Program-made: the position numbers and the translations under genes
From: Callorhinchus milii
Lineage: Eukaryota
Length of the DNA: 64,000 bases
Assembly (NCBI RefSeq): GCF_018977255.1
Contig: NW_024704742.1
Location: forward strand, 108,192,001-108,256,000
Direction: 5' to 3'
Shown here: piece by piece, positions 39,940-53,585 of the stretch
Numbering within the stretch: position 1 is the first letter of the stretch
Layout of the letters: every line of letters starts with the position of its first letter
Notes under the pieces: generated by a model
Databases searched by the model: none
What the model saw: only the letters and a program-made list of their open reading frames with translations
What the model was told of the DNA's origin: nothing

Positions 39940-40520
39940 ATCTCCTTGGGAGGGAGAGGTAAGCTCCTTGAACTAAGGTGAAATGCTTAACAGCAGAAAG
40001 TTGGAATTGAGTTAATGCTCAGTGATGGTCTCGGCAACCTGGTTCCTGAGTCAGATGGTACCGTCGTACTCCCGGGCAGTTGATAAGCCGTCCAACTTGA
40101 CTTAGGTTTTGAATCAGCAGGAATTGGGCAGACCAGTTACTGGGGTAGGAATTCTTCCTACACAGCTCCTGTCAACCTTGCAAGCTAAAGCCTTAATGTT
40201 AGGGTGTTCCTACCTGAATAAGTAGCAGGAAAGCTTGCCAGGCAGGTGCCCTCAATGGCAAGTTATGCGGTTTTACTACAGCAGTACCCCAACTCACACT
40301 CTGGAGTCCCCAAGTCTTTTTCTCTTGCCAAATTATGCCTAATACTCTCCAGAATTCGGTAAGCAGCGTGCATTCTTTGGGGGAGAGAGTGCACATTCCA
40401 TTCCAGGCACAAAAATTTCCATGTGTTAGTGGCACGTATGGAACTTTCAGTCTGGTTTGGACACCCTTAAGCACGCTGATGGGTTTTTGCTTATGTCAGG
40501 CACCCGGCTGATGAAAAAAA
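39940..40520. repeat. Unclassified interspersed repeat, copy 2
   Basis: Collinear with 26720-27305, same orientation; both end GCTGA..AAAAAA. Confidence 0.75.
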
Positions 40521-41299
40521 CACATCATGGAGAAATTAACTTCGTGAAGAAATGCATGAAACATGAGATGCAGTATACTTGAAGTAAATTGGCACAGAAA
40601 ATAATTATCTTTGTGCATAGCTTAAACATTGTTGGAAGCTTCACGGCGTTGATCAATCTGGTACAATTCAAAGTTTTCTGCTTTACCTATCATTGCGATT
40701 AGAAACATTTTGATCTATTGGCCATATTAGAACTCTGGCATCCGTACAACTGTAGGAGTATCCCAAATGGTCTACTTAATCTTTTTGACCTTGTGAAAAA
40801 AAGTTATCTTCAATACAGACATTTTCCACTTCTTAAAAGGAAACGCATAATACAGATTATGTTTTTCAGTCAAGTGAGGCCAACTGCAAATTCTAGCAAA
40901 AGTTTCAACAGCTCATAAATGTCTACACTATTCTTCAGAAATAAGTTACTTAAAGTGAAATGATCACAAATGCTTAGCTTCCATCAGGACTATGCAGGAT
41001 TGCGTAGTCTTTCGAGTCCTATGTCCAATTAAATAGTTAGTAACATGGATTGTTGGTTTGATTGATAAAACCCAAATGCAAACCCAAAGGCATTGTGCTA
41101 AAAAGGGGTTATATCCCCATTTATTATGAATGGTCATGGGCAAAATAGATTTGTTTTACAACTACCAGTATCCAAAATTATGCTCTGTATTAATATATAT
41201 TTGGATAGTTTTTACATTTCAATGTACTTTGCAGAATAATATAAGGAATAAAACACAGTTTCTGCTGTAATATTTACAATATTGAATGTTGCTCTTTAC

Positions 41300-41443
41300 C
41301 ATCATTTTGTTGGATTGGGGAGGGCGTCAGTGCACTTACTGCATCTTGCATCTGTTCGACATTATTTTTAAAAACAGCTAAAAAGTCTCCCAGTGCTGTT
41401 TCCGAGGCTGTCACTTTGAGGTTTGTATAGGAGGTGAGCACAT
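41300..41443 (-). CDS. Internal exon of the same gene (DVLTSYTNLKVTASETALGDFLAVFKNNVEQMQDAVSALTPSPIQQND)
   Basis: Acceptor TTTATTTTCAG, donor G|GTAAAG; 144 nt, phase 1-1, open. Confidence 0.85.
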
Positions 41444-44400
41444 CTGAAAATAAAGAGAAACTTTTGTGACTATGCATCATAGATAAAAAAATAACTGATT
41501 AAAAGGCCTGAAAAAGACTAATCTTCAAATTACTATAAATTACCCATAATTTGTGCTGTAATTGCATCTGAAAATAGAGTGAAATATAGTGAGCTTCAAG
41601 TATTCTTCAGTGTTCTGTATACTTAAAAACTACTTGTCTACTACAGTGCTGTAATTCTGACAATATATTAAACATTCAAACTTCAGCTTGCAATTAGGTG
41701 CCAGTTGTATATACAGTAGATTAAAAAATTGTTTTGTCCCAGATATGTTCTTTACAGACAGTTACTGTTTTATTGTAATAGTTTATTTTCTTTTAGTTTT
41801 GTTTAGCCAGTCTTCCGATGTGAAGCAGAGGTAAACCCAGTTATACTTTTCCTTGAGATTCTTATCATTGCTTACAATGTTGTTGTACTATCTATGTGAA
41901 ACTGTCAAAATAGGTTGAAATAAATGAGCAATATGTAAAATGTACAGGATGGCAATTAGTTTTCTGCAATTAATTTGAGTGAATATTGAAATGTATCTCA
42001 TCAGATCGATGTGGTAATTATCATATTGAATCTTAAGAAACAATGGAATTTGCAACCACAGTTGTTATGTGGTGATCGAGAACCAGTTAAAACTCAAGCA
42101 GGCAATGCCACTATGATAAAGTTCAGATTCATATCAATAACATGCAAGAAAGGATTAATATTCACCACCTTTCTATGAACACATTGGAAATCTATGAAAC
42201 AATCTAGTTTGCTTAGATGAGATTTTGCTGTGTTAGGAGCTGAGTGGTTGAGGTTTATGGACAGTTGAATAAAATCCTGAAATTAGTTATCTGTAGTATA
42301 CAGATTCAGAAACACTTTGTGATCAAAGACAGTTTTGTCAAGCATAATTTGCTGGAATTTATTCATTTTCTGTTTCTTCAAATTATAAGCTTGAAAGAAA
42401 CCATGTTATACATAAACAAGGTTTTGATCTTGAAATAGTCAGATGTGTGTAAATGAAGAAGAATGAATGCTTTAAAAATACTAGAATACACAGTGGTAAA
42501 ATATTCAGTGTTTCATGACCAATTCAATGTGATAATTAAATCATTATATGGTGAGTCGATAAGTTGTTCGATGTTATCATGTGGTGATAATTATCACATT
42601 AAATCAGGTTTGAAATGCACATGTTTTACCCTAATGTGGCTATAGCATTCATAATAACCAGCTGTCAATCACCATTTAAACAGTGTTACAATCTCTGACC
42701 ATACAATTTAGTCATCCTTACATATAAATGCACCGAATTTCAGTGCCTGTTGATGGCTCCTGCGAAGTCCACTGCTGACCAAAAAAAAGCCCAAACTGAA
42801 TGAAGCCATCCCACAAACTACTGTAGAAAACAAGAGGCTTGCTGCATGTTTTCAGGGTTACAATCTCATTTTAGATGAAGATTACAAATCGTTCAACTTC
42901 TGTTCTTAAGAGACGTTGTCTGAGCAATTCAATGAAATTGCTGCCCTCTAATCACTCCCAGGTATCCATTATTTTCTATGTAATTAGGATATTCAGTCAA
43001 TTCACTGACTTAGATGAAGTACTTTATGACTGGAGGCACTGATTTCAACTGAACTGTCAGGAGCATTCAATTGCTCCTGATAGACTTAACAATGAAAAAT
43101 TTCAATCAGATTTTTAAATGGGTAATTATTTCCATATAACATAACAAAACATACAACGAACGAGAAAAGGCCACTTGGCTCATCAACCCAGTTCCATCCC
43201 TCCGTGTGCAATCTGCTCCAATATTTATTCAACCCATTTTATGTTGTTCCCAGAAGGTAAATCAAGCACAATGCCTTATATTTTACAATATTCATATATT
43301 AACAGCTGCTTTTCTTGGGAATTATTTGCAAGGACTTTTGACCTGAAAATATTTAATGGTTATACTCAGTGCCAAGATGCATCAGTGCTCTATTCCTGTG
43401 CAATGATATCAGTCAATTTAATTGCAATAAAGATCTCCGATGTGTACAATTTTTAAAACACAATGCATCATAGTAGCATACCCACAAATGACAAGCCATA
43501 CATTTCTTTGAGGTCTGGTCCAGGGACAAATGCAGCAGTAAGCCTAACACTGCTCAATTTTGCACAAAGCATTTGGGGTCAGAGAGCAGGGCCAGCTCCC
43601 AGCACTGGCTTAGCTCTAAAATAGCAGGGCTGAAGCAGAGGCAAAGATTGCTCAGGCAACTCTCTTTCACTTCTAAGTTCTTTCAACACAGAAATAGTCT
43701 TAAAGTTAATCCATTTTTGCCTGAGTATCATGAGTAGTAAATTCAGTTATTAATGATTTTACTGCTAATGATAGATTTTTGGACAGAAAATTTATTCCAA
43801 GATTTTTGGTATGGGTGAAAAATAAAATAAAGTACCCCAAAACATTCCCACAATAAGAACGCAAGCAATTTAAAACACTCCACTGCTACATACTGTGATT
43901 GCGTTCTTTTCATTAATCCAGCACAAAATCTAACATCAGCTAACAATTGTCAATGCATCACACTCCATACTGTCACCATCATTGTAATGCCATAATGTTC
44001 ACTCTCCATAACAAAAATAAAACCAGCTGAAAACACAGCTGGAAAAAGCCCATTTACATTACTTAAAAAGTCACAGGTGCAGAACAAAAAGAAGATTGAT
44101 AGTAGAATCCTTTTGAACTTCACTTGTGAAAAGACTAGTATTTTTCACTTGCATCTGTGGAGATTTCAAGTTTCAGTCTCATAACCACATTGCTGATCAT
44201 CTATTATCCTTGCAATGGTATTTAACAATTATTGTTCATTATTGTTAATAACTTCATTATTTTAATAGCTTCCAGCTTTTGACTTTCATTACAAGAATAG
44301 ATGTTTGGCATTTAACAACTGGTGAAATCTATATCTTCTGCTCATGTGAGGACACCAACATACAAGTAGTTTGCTATTAAAAAAAAGCAAAGAAAATATT

Positions 44401-45687
44401 CTTCTTTCCAATTTTTTCAACGTAAATGATAACGTTTAACTTTGTCACCTATGAATGCAGTCACCCAAAAATCTATCATTTTCAGAAGTGCAGATTTAAA
44501 TTTTCATTACTCCATCCAAGTGTTCTCAGATGTATAATAGAGTGCTAGCTACAAACTAGTGAAGACTGGGCATTTCCTACTCAGGGGAATCAAATGACCT
44601 GAAAAGAACATTATACAGGAAATCTTTGTTGACTGAGCAGTAAATCATAGTGGATCATGCAAAGGGAAACTTTTTTCTCAGGTTTGGGAAGGGGGGAAGG
44701 GTCTTAACTTTTTTTTAGAAAGCAAATGTTTTCCCTTTCTGGGTTCATGGTCTTTCTATATTGCACACCCTTCATGCCTGAGAGGTCACATATTTGACCT
44801 TGCAGTACTTCTCTGAAGCCAACTGGTAGGAGATTGCATGAAAGTGAATTGTGGATTATTCTCCTTCTTCAACCCTTTCTTCTGGTCTCTGCTTGAAAAC
44901 CTTCTTACGTCAGAAACCCAAGAGTATGAGGATGGGAAAAAACAGAGAGGCATCAGGCCATATCCCTTTACTCCAAACCACAACTTGTCGGTGCTGCAAT
45001 GCTTGGTGACAACCACCTACACAACAAAGGGAACCATCACTGGTTAATAATTTACCCTTTTATGCCTTGAAACATCCAGTCCCTTGACTTCAGTGTAAAT
45101 AGAATGAATAAACTGCTGCTGGAAACAGACAAAAAAACTCATAGCTAAATAGATTATTTTACGATTAGTTATTCAGATGGATTAAATGTCCATGAAATAA
45201 CATTTGTACCCAGGAAATTGGATATTTCCATATGTAAATAATGGATTGATCAGATGCTTGACTGTTGATCTACTGTAATCCTACTACACTTGTGCAATGA
45301 GTAATTAGTTTCTTTATCTCCAAAGACAAAATCTAATCACTTCCCATTAACCTCTTATACCATGTCATACAAAATGCATGATCTAGGCACAATTAAATTC
45401 ATGATGCTGATTCAGACATTGTATCTTCTTTGATTCAGGTCCACATTGTAAACCTGAATCAAAGCTTTAGGTAATAAACTCTTTCTCTTAGAAGGAACTG
45501 AAAGCTGTCAGTTGTCTAAATTCACTTGTTTCTGAGTATGTTTGTTCAAAACCTCCGCGTTCCCACTTTCTGCCTTCATGTCTGTGCTCTTGGAGATCTT
45601 CCAGGAATACATTTAGATCTTGGGCAAGTTGGAATCTAGTTCCTGCAAAGCTAACTAATGTAACTAAAAATACTGTGTTTTAAGACG

Positions 45688-45862
45688 AACTCCCGTCCTC
45701 CCCAACTCCTCCCTCCATAGGCTGCAGATCATCCAGAACTCTGCAGCCTGCATCCTTTCCGATGCCAAGCTCCGTGACCCTATCAAACCCCAACCTCCAA
45801 TTGCTTCCCATCACACAGAAGATGCAGTTCAAGATCCTGGTCCTCACCTTCAAAGCCCTCCT
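45688..45862 (+). mobile_element. L2 ORF2 C-terminal fragment
   Basis: [13 protein letters not shown]...QFKILVLTFKAL. Confidence 0.75.
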
Positions 45863-47454
45863 TACTTGCGTTGTGAAACTGTCCGCTGGGCTGAATAAAT
45901 AATTAACAAAAGTCTAAAAGTAAAATTAGCCAAAATATAAGCTAATATATTGTGGAGCACTCTTCAATAGCAGAGCTACTAAACAGAAAGTGATGCTGTC
46001 TTAACCTAAATCAATGCAGGAAGTGGAATAAATTATTGGCATCTTTCAGTGATGAAGAAAAAGCAATGTTTCAAGCTGGATTTCTCCACATGTTTTAGAA
46101 CTCATGGCAGAGGTTTCCTTTATTAAATTTCAATACGGTATGATTTTTCTTTAAAACATATCTTATTAAGGAGACAGTTTCCTTGTTCCAGGAAATTAGA
46201 TCATAGCAATATTGGCTTCTCCTGCAGATGTGATGATGTAATTGGAAGCAGAAGCTTTATGTGATAAACTCATCCTTTTAGAAGGAATTGCCGATGCAAA
46301 TATTGTCCATAATTAGTCAGGTCAGAAGAAAGAGTCAATATTATGCTCATGTATTCAGATTGTACGGTCGGCTTGGAATTTGTGATACCAGTAACGCTTT
46401 TTATGAGCACAAACAAAACTAAGCCTCAATAGTAAGTGGCCTTACATTATAAAATCTATTAAAATGTCTTTGAAGCTAAAGTGGATCTGCATAAAGTGTT
46501 ACTATCTTCAAGAAAATGAACACTGGGGAATTTGCTAATGCTAAGGGCACAAATAGCTTAATTTATGGATGAAATGTATCCTGGCATTGAATTTTCATCA
46601 GTAACTTGCATTATTTCTCCCCATTTTTTAATTTACAAACGTATTAAATTAAGCATCTCTCTGTAATATTTAGTGCATTCCATAAATACATATTAAGTCA
46701 AACCTTGGGAACTTATTTTGTACACATCACTTTCAGGGCTTTAAATTAATTCTCAACATCTTTAAAAATACATAAGGCAGCTACATGTACAGCAAGAAAC
46801 AGCAACTTACAGAAAATAAACCACCAAAAAGAACCAACTGCATAATACCCAACATGTTTGCGCTATATTCACGATGACTAGGTAATGTATTTTCTGCATA
46901 TCTTCAATATGGACTTTGCAAACAATAGAACGCAGAATGTATGTAGTACGTGAACAACATGAAGATTAATGATTAGCTTGTTAATATCTTGCTGTTTTCT
47001 CCACGGCTTTATTTAAGTGTGGAGTGATGTACATCATGAGACCACACTATCATATTCATTGTATGATTGATGTCACCATTTTGTTTTAATGCAACTTACA
47101 GCCATGTGAGTTGCTGTACAATGGATAAAACTTTGGATAGCTGCTTGTGGCATTCAATCCACTAATATGAACTTCACAGTCATCCTGCAACTAACAGACA
47201 TCAAACAATTAAAAGAGTAACAAACATGAAAGCTTCATCTTGGTTCTGTCTGGTCTTTGTCCCAAGCAATTCAGCAATCACATAAAAATAAGTACAATCA
47301 TATACCACTCTTCATGTAAAATGTCACAAAGCATTTTGTAGAATGAGATTGATTAGAAATGAAGTGAATATTGTCATGGAGGCAAATACATTATTTATAG
47401 ACACAGATGCACGTATAGCCATGTATAAAATGCTGTATATAAACATGTACTGAC

Positions 47455-47602
47455 CTTGCAGTGGTAAACATAGGATCTCAGCTACATTTGCTTGAAAAGC
47501 ATGGTATGCCTGTTTGATTCCTTGGAAAAGTGACTCTGTGTATTTGATCTGAATGTTGTACAGGCACTTGTGGAAATCCAGTTCAGACTGTAAAGCTGTA
47601 AC
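47455..47602 (-). CDS. Internal exon of the same gene (VTALQSELDFHKCLYNIQIKYTESLFQGIKQAYHAFQANVAEILCLPLQ)
   Basis: Acceptor TTGCATTAG, donor AAG|GTCAGT; 148 nt, phase 0-1, open; not in the ORF track. Confidence 0.85.
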
Positions 47603-48624
47603 CTAATGCAACAGAAAAATCTCTGAATAGAATTGAACACTGGGATCAATTAGCAGTACATTAGGTATTTATCGCATTCAATACACACAGATATACTGGT
47701 ACATTTTCATCCCCCATCTCCCACCCAAACTGTGCTCAGTGGTGAGGTCTGTGATGCTGTGTCTGTGGCATTGGACTTTTGCCTTGTTGCCTTGTGGATT
47801 GTGGCTTTCAATTGTCATTTAACAAGATTATTTTTATTAAGTTACAAGCTGGTATCTTACTTAACCAGAAATTGAAGGCTGAGATCCACAAGTCCAATGC
47901 CTCTGGTTCATTTTCACACTCTCACCATTGACAACGGAGTGGAGAAATCTGTCTCCCACACATCAGGGTACATTCAATGTAATGAGTATCTAATACAATG
48001 TTAAATTGACCCCACTCAGAACATAAAAACGTACAGAACTGAAAAAACATTATGGTCCATCTGGTGTTCCCACAATCTCAATAATAGTATACAATACTCT
48101 AGATCTTGCACTCGTTATTCACCAAAAAATCTATTTGGCTTACTCTTAAATTTGCCCACGTTGTCCGCACTCACTTTTTGCTTCATTCTAACTACAACAA
48201 ATAAAATATCTCCAATATTGTTAAGATTAGAGAGTATAAAGTCAGTTTTGTTTTAAATCTCCATGCAATATTTAAAGATACTGGCAAATATTTTCGATAA
48301 CAAGTACTTCTATACAAAAACACAGAAAGAGGTGCCAAAAGCAAAGTTTCTGTTTGCATTTGCAGTCATTTTGCATCGAATTAAGAAACAATTCTGCCAC
48401 TGAGGAAAAATTATCTGATCAAGCAACAATGAAAACAGTTAGTGTTGCATTTTTATCAGAATTTGTATTTGTACTACACAAGGGGAAATGTGGGCCATAA
48501 ATACTTTGATCTCCTCAATCTTTTTTAATTAAAATCCTTAATAATAATGTAATAATCCTTGCAAAACGCAAAATACTGCAGATCCTGGAAACCTGAAACA
48601 AAAATGTCACTGGAATTAAAGGCA

Positions 48625-48852
48625 CCCTCTGGAACTCCATCCTGCAGTCCCTCCGTCTCGCCCCCCTCCCTTGCTACCTTCAAGACCCGACTCAAGACCC
48701 TCCTCTTCGACCGTGCTTTCGATCTCCCTGCTTCCCCCCCCGCCCTCCACCCTTCCTAACCCCCAGCTTGGGTCCGTAACTCTGACTGTCCAGGCCTTGG
48801 GACATCCTCCTGACGTGAAAGGTGCTTTACAAATGTAATCTTGTTGTTGTAT
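48625..48852 (+). mobile_element. L2 3' end
   Basis: LATFKTRLKTLLFDRAF, then stem-loop tail and TTGTTGTTG. Confidence 0.88.
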
Positions 48853-48856
48853 AACC

Positions 48857-49180
48857 CTGGCCCATACAGACCAACTTACAGGTTTGAATCCAAGTTTGTG
48901 AGGAATCCGTTATCTTAGCCAGTAAAATAGCTGGAGGTACTTCCATTGGCTCCAGTGCCCTATGGTAGGGAAAAAACTCCACCTCCAGCTATCCAAAGAC
49001 CCCTGCTGGAGGGGTGTATTTAGCTTGACTTTGATGTCTTTTGTGGTTGAGTGGTTTGCCAACATACTCTTGAGAGGCGTAAAATATGAATATTGGCCAT
49101 TATATTGGTCAGTAATGTACACATGGAACTCTAGCAAGAAGAGAAGTCAAGTACCTTCAGGAAAGGAGGGAAAATAATAA
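48857..49180 (+). mobile_element. AmnSINE2-like ancient SINE
   Basis: CCATACAGACC...ATTGGCTCCAGTGCCC...GCTATCCAAAGACCCCTGCTGGA...CATGGAACT...CCTTCAGGAAAGGAGGG. Confidence 0.6.
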
Positions 49181-51909
49181 ATAAGAACAATTTAAATAAT
49201 TTCCTATTTATACTGCCAGTATTACAAATATACAGCAGATAATACTGATTTATATAATAATAAAAATCTGTATACATTTAGCTAGTTATAAAAACATTCA
49301 GTACTTACAGGGTTAAACTATTTAGTAGGAATGAATACTGTGAGTATTGTTCCTTTGCAGTTTACAAAAAGGCTGATTTCCATTAAATTTAAACAATTAA
49401 AAAAGGAATTAACACTCCTTTTTTCCTCTTTCACTGTCTTCCATTCTGTGAGTTATCTTTCTTTAGGTGGGTTTGTAGTCTTATCTGCAACCCCTTGGTG
49501 GTCATGAATGCTGCTCTATATTGAGTGACAGAATGAATGATTGGCAAGGCAGAAGAGCTTCCCTGACAAGATTTCTTCTTCTCCTGAGAAAGAATGTCTC
49601 ATGATGCCGTCATGAGACACTCCATCTAGTTACCAGGCCAAGAACCCTACAGAGCAGGGTTGCCAACAGTCAGTAAATTTACTGGCAGTCAGTAAAGAGC
49701 TGCTATGTTGGCTCATCAGTAAAACTAAATGTGCAAGGCAGTATAAATGATTGCCTGTCTTCTCCTTGAAACCCTGTTCTCACAATGCTTCTGGTTCCAG
49801 TATTATCCCTGGTTCCTTAGCTCTCACAATAGGATTTAAAATGAAATCCCGGGTTGAACTTGTTCTATGCAATAACTCATGATGAGCAGTGATTTGTATG
49901 GGAAGAGAAGGGGGAGGCGGCAGAAGTTTGAATAATGCAAAGTCCATGCTTTGAAATTATGGTGAAGACAGAGAAAAACACATAGCAGAGGGAGAACAAC
50001 TGAGCACAGAGAAAGTAGACAGAGGGAGAGCAAAAGACAAAAAAGTAAGAAATATTTTTTAAAAATGAAAATCATCTAAGAAAAATCAAAAATGACAAAA
50101 ATAAATCCAAATGTTTTTGAAATATTTCGGAAGGCTTAAATTATGTTTTCTAATGATTTATATAGCTCAGTAAAAATGCACTTCACCAGCAAAAAAAATT
50201 TGTCTGTGAATTCATCTTGAGACTGTTGGCAACCTGAATTCATTCCAAATCCCTGACTGTCCAGCGGGATGGTACTCCTGACATGAAAGCCGCTACACAA
50301 ATGTAATTTTGCATTGTATTTTGTATTGTATTGTCCAGTGAAGTCTCTAATACTCTCCCAGTGGAGTTGCAAGCCACCTTTCTGCACATTTCTATTGTTG
50401 AGCATATAACAAAGAAACATAAATGGGCAGAAGCACGGAAGGATTATTTCAGAGTAATCTCAGAGTAGATTGTGTCTTAAATAAAAAGGTCTACCTTGGC
50501 ATCAAATACCCGCTGCTGATATGTTCAAGGATGTATTTGTTTCAAGAAGCTACCAGTTCTGAGTTACTACTTTGTAAATTTGGGGTTCAATTCTATGAGT
50601 GTATACTGTTTACAGATATAAAAACAAGTCAATCTGTGTGTTCACCCCTCATTGTGTGTCCTTAAGCTATAAAATATCACATCCCATTAATATTTTAAGA
50701 GTTAAAGACAGTAGATCTAGCAGACTTAATGTATACTTCCTGCATTACAAAATCAATGAGCAACCTGCACTTTATGTTTAAATAAAATCTGTTATAAGTA
50801 ACGGCTTTGATTTCAAAGCAATAAAAATAATATCTAGCAATAATGATGCAACATTTTTCTTGGTTAGACGAGAACGCTTGATTTAGAATTAAATTAAATA
50901 TACCTAAAATAGTTGAACAATTAATGTGCTGAAAAAAAACGAGAAATAAATTCATATAAAAACACAGAATGCAATAGGAAGATGTTATTCTCAAAATAGA
51001 TTTCATTAACATTTAGTCTCAAGAATAATTTTGAAGTTTATAAAGAATATTTCATGACAGGAATATTAAAATGTGCTTTGCAACACAAAAAATAAAGTAT
51101 ATTATGATTTATTTTCCAATGAGATGCTCTATAGTAAGTTTAGTCATTTGAATTGAAATGTTTCTGTAGCATATCTGGGGAATTGGAATAAAATATCTAG
51201 GCATAGCTAGACCTTTAAAGTTCTAAGACAAATTTGAAAACATTCTTTGCCTTGTTTCTCCCAGTGTCCCAGCCAACAATCACCCAAATAAAATGGTGAT
51301 TTATTTGATAACTGTTTGTCGGACATCGCTGTGTGCAAGTTGAAGTTCTGCCGATGTGAAAGGCACTATATCAAATGCAATTTCACTAAAATAAGTAATT
51401 GTTTTCTGTTTATCTTGTAATCCTTTTGAAAGCAAGGATTATTAATTAAATCTATCAATTATTTTATATTAGTAACTTGAGAAAGTGGACTAGTCGAAAT
51501 AAAAGTATGAGTTGGGTTTGATCCCCTGAAGAATGTCAATGTGATCCTCCCACGGTATAGTTAGTCCTGAGGAGCTCAATGAGATGGTTCATAATGTAAT
51601 ATGATGTTTTAAAATAGGCCAAGGGAGGGATTGGGAGTGACCACTGAAGATTTGGAACCTGTTGGAATCCAATGACTGTTAGCCATTGCCCAAACATATA
51701 GTCGATCTAAATAAAGATAAATCCAGAGCTCAATCATCCAATCAACCTCCCCCTGCCCCCCACCCCAGCTCTCAAGTAGAGCTGTTGTGTGAGATTGGAA
51801 GGTCAAGTTGGTGTGGGCACATGTTGTTATTAGCGACACCATAAAGTCTTAGAAGGGAATCACTCTTGCAAGGATAAACCCAAATGTCATTTCTTTGTAT
51901 TCTTTTCAG

Positions 51910-52380
51910 CCTCACAGAATGAAGGTTAAAGGATTAAATTATGAGGACAGGTTAAATAAACTTGTTCTGTATTCCCATCGGTTTAGAAGGTTGAGAGGTG
52001 ATATAATTGAGGTTTTTAAAATAACAAAGAGATTCAATAAGGTAGATACAGAGAAACTATTTCCTCTGGTCGGGGAAACCAGAACAAGGGGCATAATCTT
52101 AAAATTAGCGACTAGGCCATTTAGGAGTGAAATGAGGAGGCAGTTTGTCACCCAAAGCGCAGTGGAAATCTGGAACTCTCTCCCCCAAAAGATTGTAAAA
52201 GCTGGATCCATTAAAATTTTCAAGACTGAGATGGATAGATATTTGTTAGGTAAGGGTATTAAAAGAATATAGGGCAAGGGTGGGTAATTGGAATTGAGGT
52301 ACAGATCAGACATGTTATAGAATGGCGGAGCAGGCTAAAGGGGCTGAATGACCTACTCCTATTCCTATATTACTATGTTC
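51910..52380 (+). mobile_element. CR1-clade LINE 3' end with 3' UTR
   Basis: GLNYEDRLNKL..RRLRGDIIEVFKI..TRTRG..VEIWNSLP; 3' UTR GAATGGCGGAGCAGGCTAAAGGGGCTGAATGACCTACTCCT. Confidence 0.92.
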
Positions 52381-52451
52381 TATATATTATATGTTCTATA
52401 TATATATACATACATGCATGAACTATGTATCATTTGTTTGGGTCTTTTCTA

Positions 52452-52655
52452 CAACAACAACAAATTTACATTTTTTCAGCGATTTTCACGTTGGGAGGAT
52501 GTCCTAAGGCACTAGCCAGTCCAAAGATTGCACCTGATCTGCAGGTGGAGCTGAGAGTGCAGGAAGGCATGATCAAAGGAAGGTTTTGAGAAGGACCTTG
52601 AAGGGGACAACAGAAGGGGCAAGTCATAGGGACTCTGAGATGGACTTCCAGGAAG
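52452..52655 (-). mobile_element. L2 3' end fragment
   Basis: Plus-strand (CAA)n followed by CACGTTGGGAGGATGTCC. Confidence 0.7.
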
Positions 52656-53054
52656 TGTTGGCAGGTGGCGTGGAACAGATTTATGGAGTAAAACTCAACT
52701 TTTTTTGGATTGTGTAGAACAATCTACAGATACAGCTACACAGATCTCTGAAAACAGTGCTGTATCGCCTGTCTGCTCACAAACCATTAGTGGAAATGAC
52801 TATCATAGTAGACAGACCAGACCATGTTATTTATTAATTTGCAGAAGAAAGGGTATATTAGAGGGAGATGGTACAATGGGATCAAAAATGGTGCATATGA
52901 GGCAGGGGGAAGTAATCATAGAATGCTATAGTACGAAAGAGGTAATGATCATCAAGTCTGCTCTGCTGTTTGTCGCCACATGAGCCACCTGATCTTATCC
53001 TACTCTCCCTCAAACTCTTTAATATTCCTCTTTTTCAAGCATTTATCTCCAGTC

Positions 53055-53342
53055 CTTTGGATGAGACACAAATCTGTGGTCTCATATGCCTATTCAGGTG
53101 CGCAAAGATTCTGTGGCACTGTTTGAAAAGAGGAAGGAGTTTCTCTCAGTGTTCTGGCCAAAAATTCCCTAAAATAGATCATTAATTTCACGGCTGCTGG
53201 TGGGACATTGTTGTGTACCAGTTGGCTGCATTGTTCGCCTACATGCAATATTGTTTTCAGAAACGTTTTGAAGCGCTTCTAGACATCCCTGGTGTTATAG
53301 GTGCTATATCAAATGCAATGAATAATTTATTCTGATAATAAT
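53055..53342 (+). mobile_element. Degenerate family B Deu-SINE
   Basis: CTTTGGATGAGAC...TTCAGGTGCGCAAAGATTCTGTGGCACTGTTTGAAAAGAG...GTGTTCTGGCCAA and tail. Confidence 0.7.
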
Positions 53343-53461
53343 AGAGAGCCTGTGCTAATTGGGACCATCTCCGTTGCTGATATAGAAACAGGTCATCAAG
53401 CACAATACAAACTGCCTACAGTGTCCCAAACATGTCTTCCATTTGTCATAATGGTATCAGC

Positions 53462-53585
53462 CCTTCTCCCTCTCTTGTCTTTGTTTTTCTCGCTAACATT
53501 TTTCCTCCGTTCTTTTGTTCTCTTTCTTTGTTTGTCTCCCTTTCTCTCTGTTTCTCTGACTTTCTCTTTTTCTCTCACTATCTCA
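53462..53585. repeat. CT-rich low-complexity tract
   Basis: Near-pure pyrimidine run. Confidence 0.65.

Noticed and set aside
41985..42625. Possible degenerate terminal inverted repeats of a DNA transposon
   Set aside because: Match is short, AT-rich and imperfect; no TSD or transposase remnant.
48561..48615. Penelope pseudo-LTR fragment or hammerhead ribozyme (also ~14170 and CTGATGA at ~40508)
   Set aside because: Only short resemblances; no complete CTGATGA..GAAA core with pairing stems could be built.
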